This document shows positions 41,299 through 56,500 of a stretch of DNA of 64,000 nt, piece after piece. A model generated the notes under the pieces. It was not told the DNA's origin and searched no databases. It saw only the letters and a program-made list of their open reading frames with translations. The translations under genes and the position numbers were made by a program. Source of the DNA: Auanema rhodensis. Taxonomy: Eukaryota; Animalia; Nematoda. Where the stretch lies: contig OZ059900.1 of assembly GCA_964057225.1 (NCBI GenBank), positions 3,472,001 to 3,536,000 on the forward strand, written 5' to 3'. Position 1 is the stretch's first letter. Each line of letters begins with the position of its first letter.

Positions 41299-44200
41299 TG
41301 GTGTTAAAGGCATAAAAACGACCATACTTAGTGTAGTAATGCATTTGAGTGAAATTCAGTGATTTACACATTATTAGTGTATATTTGAAGACTTTTGTTA
41401 TCATAGACAGTAAAACTATGCTTTTGATCATATATATGAGCGATTTAGCCCAATTGGACTCAAAACTCGGAAAATTCAAAAATTCTTCTATTTTCGACCT
41501 TTTTTGATCAAAATGAATATATATCAGTGCAAACTCATAAAAATAGACTGATTTTGTTTATTGTGTGTTTGATTTTCAAATCTTAACGAATATGATCAAA
41601 ATTTACGAGTATTACAGATTTTGTACCAAAAATCGGTGAGTATATGGTGTTAAAGGCATAAAAACGACCATACTTAGTGTAGTAATGCTATTTGAGCGAA
41701 AATCAGTATTTAAACATCACTAGCGTTTAATTGATGACTTTTGTTGTCATAGACAGTAAAACTATGCTTTTGATCATATATATGAGCGATTTAGCCCAAT
41801 TGGACTCAAAACTCGGAAAATTCAAAATTTCTTTCTATTTTCGACCTTTTTTGATCAAAATGAATATATATCAGTGCAAACTCATAAAAATAGACTGATT
41901 TTGTTTATTGTGTGTTTGATTTTCAAATCTTAACGAATATGATCAAAATTTACGAGTATTACAGATTTTGTGCCAAAAATCGGTGAGTATATGGTGTTAA
42001 AGGCATAAAAACGACCATACTTAGTGTAGTAATGCTATTTGAGCGAAAATCAGTATTTAAACATCACTAGCGTTTAATTGATGATTTTTGTTGTCATAGA
42101 CAATAAAACTATGCTTCTGATCATGTATATGAGCGATTTAGCCAAATTAGACTCAAAACTCGGAAATTTCAAAAATTCTTTCTATTTTCGACCTTTTTTG
42201 ATCAAAATGAATATATATCAGTGCAAGCTCATAAAAATAGACTGATTTTGTGTATTGTATGTTTGATTCTCAAATCTTAACGAATATGATCAAAATTTAC
42301 GAGTATTACAGATTTTGTACCAAAAATCGGTGAGTATATGGTGTTAAAGGCATAAAAACGACCATACTTAGTGTAGTAATGCTATTTGAGCGAAATTCAG
42401 TATTTAAACATCACTAGCGTTTAATTGATGACTTTTGTTGTCATAGACAATAAAACTATGCTTTTGATCATATATATGAGCGATTTAGCCAAATTAGACT
42501 CAAAACTCGGAAATTTCAAAAATTCTTTCTATTTTCGACCTTTTTTGATCAAAATGAATAAATATCAGTGCAAACTCGTAAAAATAGACTGATTTTGTGT
42601 ATTGTATGTTTGATTCTCAAATCTTAACGAATATGATCAAAATTTACGAGTATTACAGATTTTGTACCAAAAATCGGTGAGTATATGGTGTTAAAGGCAT
42701 AAAAACGACCATACTTAGTGTAGTAATGCTATTTGAGCGAAATTCAGTATTTAAACATCACTAGCGTTTAATTGATGACTTTTGTTGTTATAGACAATAA
42801 AACTATGTTTTTGATCATATATATGAGCGATTTAGCCAAATTGGACTCAAAACTCGGAAATTTCAAAAATTCTTTCTATTTTCGACTTTTTTGATCAAAA
42901 TGAATATATATCAGTGCAAACTCATAAAAATAGACTGATTTTGTTTATTGTGTGTTTGATTTTCAAATCTTAACGAATATGATCAAAATTTACGAGTATT
43001 ACAGATTTTGTACCAAAAATCGGTGAGTATATGGTGTTAAAGGCATAAAAACGACCATACTTAGTGTAGTAATGCTATTTGAGTGAAATTCAGTATTTAA
43101 ACATCACTAGCGTTTAATTGATGACTTTTGTTGTCATAGACATTAAAACTATGTTTTTGATCATATAAATGAGCGATTTAGCCAAATTAGACTCAAAACT
43201 CGGAAATTTCAAAAATTCTTTCTATTTTCGACCTTTTTTGATCAAAATGAATATATATCAGTGCAAACTCATAAAAATAGACTTATTTCGTGTATTATGT
43301 GTTTGATTCTCGAATCTTAACAAATATGATCAAAATTTACAAGTATTACAGATTTTGTACCAAAAATCGGTGAGTATATGGTGTTAAAGGCATAAAAACG
43401 ACCATACTTAGTGTAGTAATGCTATTTGAGCGAAAATCAGTATTTAAACATCACTAGCGTTTAATTGATGACTTTTGTTGTTATAGACAATAAAACTATG
43501 TTTTTGATCATATATATGAGCGATTTAGCCCAATTGGACTCAAAACTCGGAAAATTCAAAAATTCTTTCTATTTTCGACCTTTTTTGATCAAAATGAATA
43601 TATATCAGTGCAAACTCATAAAAATAGACTGATTTTGTTTATTGTGTGTTTGATTTTTGAATCTTAACAAATATGATCAAAATTTACGAGTATTACAGAT
43701 TTTGTACCAAAAATCGGTGAGTATATGGTGTTAAAGGCATAAAAACGACCATACTTAGTGTAGTAATGCTATTTGAGCGAAAATCAGTATTTAAACATCA
43801 CTAACGTTTAATTGATGACTTTTGTTGTCATAGACAATAAAACTATGCTTCTGATCATATATATGAGCGATTTAGCCAAATTAGACTCAAAACTCGGAAA
43901 TTTCAAAAATTCTTTCTATTTTCGACCTTTTTTGATCAAAATGAAGATATATCAGTGCAAGCTCATAAAAATAGACTGATTTTGTTTATTGTGTGTTTGA
44001 TTTTTGAATCTTAACAAATATGATCAAAATTTACGAGTATTACAGATTTTGTACCAAAAATCGGTGAGTATATGGTGTTAAGGCATAAAAACGACCATAC
44101 TTAGTGTAGTAATGCTATTTGAGCGAAAATCAGTATTTAAACATCACTAGCGTTTAATTGATGATTTTTGTTGTCATAGACAATAAAACTATGCTTCTGA

Positions 44201-47200
44201 TCATGTATATGAGCGATTTAGCCAAATTAGACTCAAAACTCGGAAATTTCAAAAATTCTTTCTATTTTCGACCTTTTTTGATCAAAATGAATAAATATCA
44301 GTGCAAACTCATAAAAATAGACTTATTTCGTGTATTATGTGTTTGTTTCTCGAATCTTAACGAATATGATCAAAATTTACAAGTATTACAGATTTTGTAC
44401 CAAAAATCGGTGAGTATATGGTGTTAAAGGCATAAAAACGACCATACTTAGTGTAGTAATGCATTTGAGTGAAATTCAGTGATTTACACATTATTAGTGT
44501 ATATTTGAAGACTTTTGTTATCATAGACAGTAAAACTATGCTTTTGATCATATATATGAGCGATTTAGCCCAATTGGACTCAAAACTCGGAAAATTCAAA
44601 AATTCTTCTATTTTCGACCTTTTTTGATCAAAATGAATATATATCAGTGCAAACTCATAAAAATAGACTGATTTTGTTTATTGTGTGTTTGATTTTCAAA
44701 TCTTAACGAATATGATCAAAATTTACGAGTATTACAGATTTTGTACCAAAAATCGGTGAGTATATGGTGTTAAAGGCATAAAAACGACCATACTTAGTGT
44801 AGTAATGCTATTTGAGCGAAAATCAGTATTTAAACATCACTAGCGTTTAATTGATGACTTTTGTTGTCATAGACAGTAAAACTATGCTTTTGATCATATA
44901 TATGAGCGATTTAGCCCAATTGGACTCAAAACTCGGAAAATTCAAAAATTCTTTCTATTTTCGACCTTTTTTGATCAAAATGAATATATATCAGTGCAAA
45001 CTCATAAAAATAGACTGATTTTGTTTATTGTGTGTTTGATTTTCAAATCTTAACGAATATGATCAAAATTTACGAGTATTACAGATTTTGTGCCAAAAAT
45101 CGGTGAGTATATGGTGTTAAAGGCATAAAAACGACCATACTTAGTGTAGTAATGCTATTTGAGCGAAAATCAGTATTTAAACATCACTAGCGTTTAATTG
45201 ATGATTTTTGTTGTCATAGACAATAAAACTATGCTTCTGATCATGTATATGAGCGATTTAGCCAAATTAGACTCAAAACTCGGAAATTTCAAAAATTCTT
45301 TCTATTTTCGACCTTTTTTGATCAAAATGAATATATATCAGTGCAAGCTCATAAAAATAGACTGATTTTGTGTATTGTATGTTTGATTCTCAAATCTTAA
45401 CGAATATGATCAAAATTTACGAGTATTACAGATTTTGTACCAAAAATCGGTGAGTATATGGTGTTAAAGGCATAAAAACGACCATACTTAGTGTAGTAAT
45501 GCTATTTGAGCGAAATTCAGTATTTAAACATCACTAGCGTTTAATTGATGACTTTTGTTGTCATAGACAATAAAACTATGCTTTTGATCATATATATGAG
45601 CGATTTAGCCAAATTAGACTCAAAACTCGGAAATTTCAAAAATTCTTTCTATTTTCGACCTTTTTTGATCAAAATGAATAAATATCAGTGCAAACTCGTA
45701 AAAATAGACTGATTTTGTGTATTGTATGTTTGATTCTCAAATCTTAACGAATATGATCAAAATTTACGAGTATTACAGATTTTGTACCAAAAATCGGTGA
45801 GTATATGGTGTTAAAGGCATAAAAACGACCATACTTAGTGTAGTAATGCTATTTGAGCGAAATTCAGTATTTAAACATCACTAGCGTTTAATTGATGACT
45901 TTTGTTGTTATAGACAATAAAACTATGTTTTTGATCATATATATGAGCGATTTAGCCAAATTGGACTCAAAACTCGGAAATTTCAAAAATTCTTTCTATT
46001 TTCGACTTTTTTGATCAAAATGAATATATATCAGTGCAAACTCATAAAAATAGACTGATTTTGTTTATTGTGTGTTTGATTTTCAAATCTTAACGAATAT
46101 GATCAAAATTTACGAGTATTACAGATTTTGTACCAAAAATCGGTGAGTATATGGTGTTAAAGGCATAAAAACGACCATACTTAGTGTAGTAATGCTATTT
46201 GAGTGAAATTCAGTATTTAAACATCACTAGCGTTTAATTGATGACTTTTGTTGTCATAGACATTAAAACTATGTTTTTGATCATATAAATGAGCGATTTA
46301 GCCAAATTAGACTCAAAACTCGGAAATTTCAAAAATTCTTTCTATTTTCGACCTTTTTTGATCAAAATGAATATATATCAGTGCAAACTCATAAAAATAG
46401 ACTTATTTCGTGTATTATGTGTTTGATTCTCGAATCTTAACAAATATGATCAAAATTTACAAGTATTACAGATTTTGTACCAAAAATCGGTGAGTATATG
46501 GTGTTAAAGGCATAAAAACGACCATACTTAGTGTAGTAATGCTATTTGAGCGAAAATCAGTATTTAAACATCACTAGCGTTTAATTGATGACTTTTGTTG
46601 TTATAGACAATAAAACTATGTTTTTGATCATATATATGAGCGATTTAGCCCAATTGGACTCAAAACTCGGAAAATTCAAAAATTCTTTCTATTTTCGACC
46701 TTTTTTGATCAAAATGAATATATATCAGTGCAAACTCATAAAAATAGACTGATTTTGTTTATTGTGTGTTTGATTTTTGAATCTTAACAAATATGATCAA
46801 AATTTACGAGTATTACAGATTTTGTACCAAAAATCGGTGAGTATATGGTGTTAAAGGCATAAAAACGACCATACTTAGTGTAGTAATGCTATTTGAGCGA
46901 AAATCAGTATTTAAACATCACTAACGTTTAATTGATGACTTTTGTTGTCATAGACAATAAAACTATGCTTCTGATCATATATATGAGCGATTTAGCCAAA
47001 TTAGACTCAAAACTCGGAAATTTCAAAAATTCTTTCTATTTTCGACCTTTTTTGATCAAAATGAAGATATATCAGTGCAAGCTCATAAAAATAGACTGAT
47101 TTTGTTTATTGTGTGTTTGATTTTTGAATCTTAACAAATATGATCAAAATTTACGAGTATTACAGATTTTGTACCAAAAATCGGTGAGTATATGGTGTTA

Positions 47201-47538
47201 AGGCATAAAAACGACCATACTTAGTGTAGTAATGCTATTTGAGCGAAAATCAGTATTTAAACATCACTAGCGTTTAATTGATGACTTTTGTTGTTATAGA
47301 CAATAAAACTATGCTTCTGATCATATATATGAGCGATTTAGCCAAATTAGACTCAAAACTCGGAAATTTCAAAAATTCTTTCTATTTTCGACCTTTTTTG
47401 ATCAAAATGAATATATATCAGTGCAAGCTCATAAAAATAGACTGATTTTGTGTATTATGTGTTTGATTCTCGAATCTTAACAAATATGATCAAAATTTAC
47501 AAGTATTACAGATTTTGTACCAAAAATCGGTGAGTATA
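41299..47538. repeat. Tandem 9-mer duplication, period 3120 bp
   Basis: ORF offset 41237/44357 is 3120. Shared 1-bp deletion CGACTTTTTTG (about 42885/46005) and GAGTGAAATTCAGTATTT (43081/46201). Confidence 0.9.
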
Positions 47539-50500
47539 TGGTGTTAAAGGCATAAAAACGACCATACTTAGTGTAGTAATGCTATTTGAGTGAAATTCAG
47601 TGATTTAATCATTATTAGTGTATATTTGAAGACTTTTGTTATCATAGACAGTAAAACTATGCTTTTGATCATATATATGAGCGATTTAGCCCAATTCGAC
47701 TCAAAACTCGGAAAATTCAAAAATTCTTTCTATTTTCGACCTTTTTTGATCAAAATGAATAAATATCAGTGCAAACTTGTAAAAATAGACTTATTTTGTG
47801 TATTATGTGTTTGATTCTCGAATCTTAACAAATATGATCAAAATTTACAAGTATTACAGATTTTGTACCAAAAATCGGTGAGTATATGGTGTTAAAGGCA
47901 TAAAAACGACCATACTTAGTGTAGTAATGCTATTTGAGCGAAAATCAGTAATTAAACATCACTAGCGTTTAATTGAAGATTTTTGTTGTCATAGACAATA
48001 AAACTATGCTTCTGATCATATATATGAGCGATTTAGCCAAATTAGACTCAAAACTCGGAAATTTCAAAAATTCTTTCTATTTTCGACCTTTTTTGATCAA
48101 AATGAATAAATATCAGTGCAAACTCATAAAAATAGACTTATTTCGTGTATTATGTGTTTGTTTCTCGAATCTTAACGAATATGATCAAAATTTACAAGTA
48201 TTACAGATTTTGTACCAAAAATCGGTGAGTATATGGTGTTAAAGGCATAAAAACGACCATACTTAGTGTAGTAATGCATTTGAGTGAAATTCAGTGATTT
48301 ACACATTATTAGTGTATATTTGAAGACTTTTGTTATCATAGACAGTAAAACTATGCTTTTGATCATATATATGAGCGATTTAGCCCAATTGGACTCAAAA
48401 CTCGGAAAATTCAAAAATTCTTCTATTTTCGACCTTTTTTGATCAAAACGAATATATATCAGTGCAAACTCATAAAAATAGACTGATTTTGTTTATTGTG
48501 TGTTTGATTTTCAAATCTTAACGAATATGATCAAAATTTACGAGTATTACAGATTTTGTGCCAAAAATCGGTGAGTATATGGTGTTAAAGGCATAAAAAC
48601 GACCATACTTAGTGTAGTAATGCTATTTGAGCGAAAATCAGTATTTAAACATCACTAGCGTTTAATTGATGACTTTTGTTGTCATAGACAGTAAAACTAT
48701 GCTTTTGATCATATATATGAGCGATTTAGCCCAATTGGACTCAAAACTCGGAAAATTCAAAAATTCTTTCTATTTTCGACCTTTTTTGATCAAAATGAAT
48801 ATATATCAGTGCAAACTCATAAAAATAGACTGACTTCGTTTATTGTGTGTTTGATTTTCAAATCTTAACGAATATGATCAAAATTTACGAGTATTACAGA
48901 TTTTGTACCAAAAATCGGTGAGTATATGGTGTTAAAGGCATAAAAACGACCATACTTAGTGTAGTAATGCTATTTGAGCGAAATTCAGTATTTAAACATT
49001 ACTAGCGTTTAATTGATGACTTTTGTTGTTATAGACAATAAAACTATGTTTTTGATCATATATATGAGCGATTTAGCCAAATTGGACTCAAAACTCGGAA
49101 ATTTCAAAAATTCTTTCTATTTTCGACCTTTTTTGATCAAAATGAATAAATATCAGTGCAAACTTGTAAAAATAGACTTATTTTGTGTATTATGTGTTCG
49201 ATTCTCGAATCTTAACAAATATGATCAAAATTTACAAGTATTACAGATTTTGTACCAAAAATCGGTGAGTATATGGTGTTAAAGGCATAAAAACGACCAT
49301 ACTTAGTGTAGTAATGCTATTTGAGTGAAATTCAGTGATTAAATCATTATTAGTGTATATTTGAAGACTTTTGTTATCATAGACAGTAAAACTATGCTTT
49401 TGATCATATATATGAGCGATTTAGCCAAATTAGACTCAAAACTCGGAAATTTCAAAAATTCTTTCTATTTTCGACCTTTTTTGATCAAAATGAATAAATA
49501 TCAGTGCAAACTCGTAAAAATAAACTTATTTCGTGTATTGTGTGTTTGATTCTCGAATCTCACCGAATATGATCGAAATTTACGAGTATCACAGATTTTG
49601 TACCAAAAATCGGTGAGTATATGGTGTTAAAGGCATAAAAACGACTATACATAGTGTAGTAATGCTATTTGAGTGAAATTCAGTGATTAAATCATTATTA
49701 GTGTATATTTGAAGACTTTTGTTATCATAGACAGTAAAACTATGCTTTTGATCATATATATGAGCGATTTAGCCCAATTGGACTCAAAACTCGGAAAATT
49801 CAAAAATTCTTTCTATTTTCGACCTTTTTTGATCAAAATGAATATATATCAGTGCAAACTCATAAAAATAGACTGATTTTGTTTATTGTGTGTTCGATTT
49901 TCAAATCTTAACGAATATGATCAAAATTTACGAGTATTACAGATTTTGTACCAAAAATCGGTGAGTATATGGTGTTAAAGGCATAAAAACGACCATACTT
50001 AGTGTAGTAATGCTATTTGAGCGAAAATCAGTATTTAAACATCACTAGCGTTTAATTGATGATTTTTGTTGTCATAGACAATAAAACTATGCTTCTGATC
50101 ATGTATATGAGCGATTTAGCCAAATTAGACTCAAAACTCGGAAATTTCAAAAATTCTTTCTATTTTCGACCTTTTTTGATCAAAATGAATAAATATCAGT
50201 GCAAACTCGTAAAAATAGACTGATTTTGTGTATTGTATGTTTGATTCTCAAATCTTAACGAATATGATCAAAATTTACGAGTATTACAGATTTTGTACCA
50301 AAAATCGGTGAGTATATGGTGTTAAAGGCATAAAAACGACCATACTTAGTGTAGTAATGCTATTTGAGCGAAATTCAGTATTTAAACATTACTAGCGTTT
50401 AATTGATGACTTTTGTTGTTATGGACAATAAAACTATGTTTTTGATCATATATATGAGCGATTTAGCCAAATTGGACTCAAAACTCGGAAATTTCAAAAA

Positions 50501-53500
50501 TTCTTTCTATTTTCGACCTTTTTTGATCAAAATGAATAAATATCAGTGCAAACTTGTAAAAATAGACTTATTTTGTGTATTATGTGTTTGATTCTCGAAT
50601 CTTAACAAATATGATCAAAATTTACAAGTATTACAGATTTTGTACCAAAAATCGGTGAGTATATGGTGTTAAAGGCATAAAAACGACCATACTTAGTGTA
50701 GTAATGCTATTTGAGCGAAAATCAGTATTTAAACATCACTAGCGTTTAATTGATGACTTTTGTTGTCATAGACAATAAAACTATGCTTCTGATCATATAT
50801 ATGAGCGATTTAGCCAAATTAGACTCAAAACTCGGAAATTTCAAAAATTCTTTCTATTTTCGACCTTTTTTGATCAAAATGAATATATATCAGTGCAAGC
50901 TCATAAAAATAGACTGATTTTGTGTATTGTATGTTTGATTCTCAAATCTTAACGAATATGATCAAAATTTACGAGTATTACAGATTTTGTACCAAAAATC
51001 GGTGAGTATATGGTGTTAAAGGCATAAAAACGACCATACATAGTGTAGTAATGCTATTTGAGCGAAATTCAGTATTTAAACATCACTAGCGTTTAATTGA
51101 TGACTTTTGTTGTTATAGACATTAAAACTATGTTTTTGATCATATATATGAGCGATTTAGCCAAATTGGACTCAAAACTCGGAAATTTCAAAAATTATTT
51201 CTATTTTCGACCTTTTTTGATCAAAATGAATAAATATCAGTGCAAACTTGTAAAAATAGACTTATTTTGTGTATTATGTGTTTGATTCTCGAATCTTAAC
51301 AAATATGATCAAAATTTGCAAGTATTACAGATTTTGTACCAAAAATCGGTGAGTATATGGTGTTAAAGGCATAAAAACGACCATACTTAGTGTAGTAATG
51401 CTATTTGAGCGAAAATCAGTATTTAAACATCACTAGCGTTTAATTGATGACTTTTGTTGTCATAGACAATAAAACTATGCTTCTGATCATATATATGAGC
51501 GATTTAGCCAAATTAGACTCAAAACTCGGAAATTTCAAAAATTCTTTCTATTTTCGACCTTTTTTGATCAAAATGAATATATATCAGTGCAAGCTCATAA
51601 AAATAGACTGATTTTGTGTATTGTATGTTTGATTCTCAAATCTTAACGAATATGATCAAAATTTACAAGTATTACAGATTTTGTACCAAAAATCGGTGAG
51701 TATATGGTGTTAAAGGCATAAAAACGACCATACATAGTGTAGTAATGCTATTTGAGCGAAATTCAGTATTTAAACATCACTAGCGTTTAATTGATGACTT
51801 TTGTTGTTATAGACATTAAAACTATGTTTTTGATCATATATATGAGCGATTTAGCCCAATTGGACTCAAAACTCGGAAAATTCAAAAATTCTTTCTATTT
51901 TCGACCTTTTTTGATCAAAATGAATATATATCAGTGCAAACTCATAAAAATAGACTGACTTTGTTTATTGTGTGTTTGATTTTCAAATCTTAACGAATAT
52001 GATCAAAATTTACGAGTATTACAGATTTTGTACCAAAAATCGGTGAGTATATGGTGTTAAAGGCATAAAAACGACCATACTTAGTGTAGTAATGCTATTT
52101 GAGCGAAATTCAGTATTTAAACATCACTAGCGTTTAATTGATGACTTTTGTTGTCATAGACAATAAAACTATGTTTTTGATCATATATATGAGCGATTTA
52201 GCCAAATTCGACTCAAAACTCGGAAAATTCAAAAATTCTTTCTATTTTCGACCTTTTTTGATGAAAATGAATATATATCAGTGTAAACTCATAAAAATAG
52301 ACTGATTTTGTGTATTGTGTGTTTGATTCTCAAATCTTAACAAATATGATCAAATTTTACGAGTATTACAGATTTTGTACCAAAAATTGGTGAGTATATG
52401 GTGTTAAAGGCATAAAAACGACCATACTTAGTGTAGTAATGCTATTTGAGCGAAAATCAGTATTTAAACATCACTAGCGTTTAATTGAAGATTTTTGTTG
52501 TCATAGACAATAAAACTATGCTTCTGATCATATATATGAGCGATTTAGCCAAATTAGACTCAAAACTCGGAAATTTCAAAAATTCTTTCTATTTTCGACC
52601 TTTTTTGATCAAAATGAATAAATATCAGTGCAAACTCATAAAAATAGACTTATTTCGTGTATTATGTGTTTGTTTCTCGAATCTTAACGAATATGATCAA
52701 AATTTACAAGTATTACAGATTTTGTACCAAAAATCGGTGAGTATATGGTGTTAAAGGCATAAAAACGACCATACTTAGTGTAGTAATGCATTTGAGTGAA
52801 ATTCAGTGATTTACACATTATTAGTGTATATTTGAAGACTTTTGTTATCATAGACAGTAAAACTATGCTTTTGATCATATATATGAGCGATTTAGCCCAA
52901 TTGGACTCAAAACTCGGAAAATTCAAAAATTCTTCTATTTTCGACCTTTTTTGATCAAAATGAATATATATCAGTGCAAACTCATAAAAATAGACTGATT
53001 TTGTTTATTGTGTGTTTGATTTTCAAATCTTAACGAATATGATCAAAATTTACGAGTATTACAGATTTTGTACCAAAAATCGGTGAGTATATGGTGTTAA
53101 AGGCATAAAAACGACCATACTTAGTGTAGTAATGCTATTTGAGCGAAAATCAGTATTTAAACATCACTAGCGTTTAATTGATGACTTTTGTTGTCATAGA
53201 CAGTAAAACTATGCTTTTGATCATATATATGAGCGATTTAGCCCAATTGGACTCAAAACTCGGAAAATTCAAAAATTCTTTCTATTTTCGACCTTTTTTG
53301 ATCAAAATGAATATATATCAGTGCAAACTCATAAAAATAGACTGATTTTGTTTATTGTGTGTTTGATTTTCAAATCTTAACGAATATGATCAAAATTTAC
53401 GAGTATTACAGATTTTGTGCCAAAAATCGGTGAGTATATGGTGTTAAAGGCATAAAAACGACCATACTTAGTGTAGTAATGCTATTTGAGTGAAATTCAG

Positions 53501-56500
53501 TGATTAAATCATTATTAGTGTATATTTGAAGACTTTTGTTATCATAGACAGTAAAACTATGCTTTTGATCATATATATGAGCGATTTAGCCCAATTGGAC
53601 TCAAAACTCGGAAAATTCAAAAATTCTTTCTATTTTCGACCTTTTTTGATCAAAATGAATATATATCAGTGCAAACTCATAAAAATAGACTGATTTTGTG
53701 TATTGTATGTTTGATTCTCAAATCTTAACGAATATGATCAAAATTTACGAGTATTACAGATTTTGTACCAAAAATCGGTGAGTATATGGTGTTAAAGGCA
53801 TAAAAACGACCATACTTAGTGTAGTAATGCTATTTGAGCGAAATTCAGTATTTAAACATCACTAGCGTTTAATTGATGACTTTTGTTGTCATAGACAATA
53901 AAACTATGCTTTTGATCATGTATATGAGCGATTTAGCCAAATTAGACTCAAAACTCGGAAATTTCAAAAATTCTTTCTATTTTCGACCTTTTTTGATCAA
54001 AATGAATAAATATCAGTGCAAACTCGTAAAAATAGACTGATTTTGTGTATTGTATGTTTGATTCTCAAATCTTAACGAATATGATCAAAATTTACGAGTA
54101 TTACAGATTTTGTACCAAAAATCGGTGAGTATATGGTGTTAAAGGCATAAAAACGACCATACTTAGTGTAGTAATGCTATTTGAGCGAAATTCAGTATTT
54201 AAACATTACTAGCGTTTAATTGATGACTTTTGTTGTTATGGACAATAAAACTATGTTTTTGATCATATATATGAGCGATTTAGCCAAATTGGACTCAAAA
54301 CTCGGAAATTTCAAAAATTCTTTCTATTTTCGACCTTTTTTGATCAAAATGAATAAATATCAGTGCAAACTTGTAAAAATAGACTTATTTTGTGTATTAT
54401 GTGTTTGATTCTCGAATCTTAACAAATATGATCAAAATTTACAAGTATTACAGATTTTGTACCAAAAATCGGTGAGTATATGGTGTTAAAGGCATAAAAA
54501 CGACCATACTTAGTGTAGTAATGCTATTTGAGCGAAAATCAGTATTTAAACATCACTAGCGTTTAATTGATGACTTTTGTTGTTATAGACATTAAAACTA
54601 TGTTTTTGATCATATATATGAGCGATTTAGCCCAATTGGACTCAAAACTCGGAAAATTCAAAAATTCTTTCTATTTTCGACCTTTTTTGATCAAAATGAA
54701 TATATATCAGTGCAAACTCATAAAAATAGACTGACTTTGTTTATTGTGTGTTTGATTTTCAAATCTTAACGAATATGATCAAAATTTACGAGTATTACAG
54801 ATTTTGTACCAAAAATCGGTGAGTATATGGTGTTAAAGGCATAAAAACGACCATACTTAGTGTAGTAATGCTATTTGAGCGAAAATCAGTATTTAAACAT
54901 CACTAGCGTTTAATTGATGACTTTTGTTGTCATAGACAATAAAACTATGCTTCTGATCATATATATGAGCGATTTAGCCAAATTAGACTCAAAACTCGGA
55001 AATTTCAAAAATTCTTTCTATTTTCGACCTTTTTTGATCAAAATAAAGATATATCAGTGCAAGCTCATAAAAATAGACTGATTTTGTTTATTGTGTGTTT
55101 GATTTTTGAATCTTAACAAATATGATCAAAATTTACGAGTATTACAGATTTTGTACCAAAAATCGGTGAGTATATGGTGTTAAAGGCATAAAAACGACCA
55201 TACTTAGTGTAGTAATGCTATTTGAGCGAAAATCAGTATTTAAACATCACTAGCGTTTAATTGATGACTTTTGTTGTCATAGACAATAAAACTATGCTTC
55301 TGATCATATATATGAGCGATTTAGCCAAATTAGACTCAAAACTCGGAAATTTCAAAAATTCTTTCTATTTTCGACCTTTTTTGATCAAAATGAATAAATA
55401 TCAGTGCAAACTCATAAAAATAGACTTATTTCGTGTATTATGTGTTTGTTTCTCGAATCTTAACGAATATGATCAAAATTTACAAGTATTACAGATTTTG
55501 TACCAAAAATCGGTGAGTATATGGTGTTAAAGGCATAAAAACGACCATACTTAGTGTAGTAATGCATTTGAGTGAAATTCAGTGATTTACACATTATTAG
55601 TGTATATTTGAAGACTTTTGTTATCATAGACAGTAAAACTATGCTTTTGATCATATATATGAGCGATTTAGCCCAATTGGACTCAAAACTCGGAAAATTC
55701 AAAAATTCTTCTATTTTCGACCTTTTTTGATCAAAATGAATATATATCAGTGCAAACTCATAAAAATAGACTGATTTTGTTTATTGTGTGTTTGATTTTC
55801 AAATCTTAACGAATATGATCAAAATTTACGAGTATTACAGATTTTGTACCAAAAATCGGTGAGTATATGGTGTTAAAGGCATAAAAACGACCATACTTAG
55901 TGTAGTAATGCTATTTGAGCGAAAATCAGTATTTAAACATCACTAGCGTTTAATTGATGACTTTTGTTGTCATAGACAGTAAAACTATGCTTTTGATCAT
56001 ATATATGAGCGATTTAGCCCAATTGGACTCAAAACTCGGAAAATTCAAAAATTCTTTCTATTTTCGACCTTTTTTGATCAAAATGAATATATATCAGTGC
56101 AAACTCATAAAAATAGACTGATTTTGTTTATTGTGTGTTTGATTTTCAAATCTTAACGAATATGATCAAAATTTACGAGTATTACAGATTTTGTGCCAAA
56201 AATCGGTGAGTATATGGTGTTAAAGGCATAAAAACGACCATACTTAGTGTAGTAATGCTATTTGAGCGAAAATCAGTATTTAAACATCACTAGCGTTTAA
56301 TTGATGACTTTTGTTGTCATAGACAATAAAACTATGCTTTTGATCATATATATGAGCGATTTAGCCAAATTAGACTCAAAACTCGGAAATTTCAAAAATT
56401 CTTTCTATTTTCGACCTTTTTTGATCAAAATGAATAAATATCAGTGCAAACTCGTAAAAATAGACTGATTTTGTGTATTGTATGTTTGATTCTCAAATCT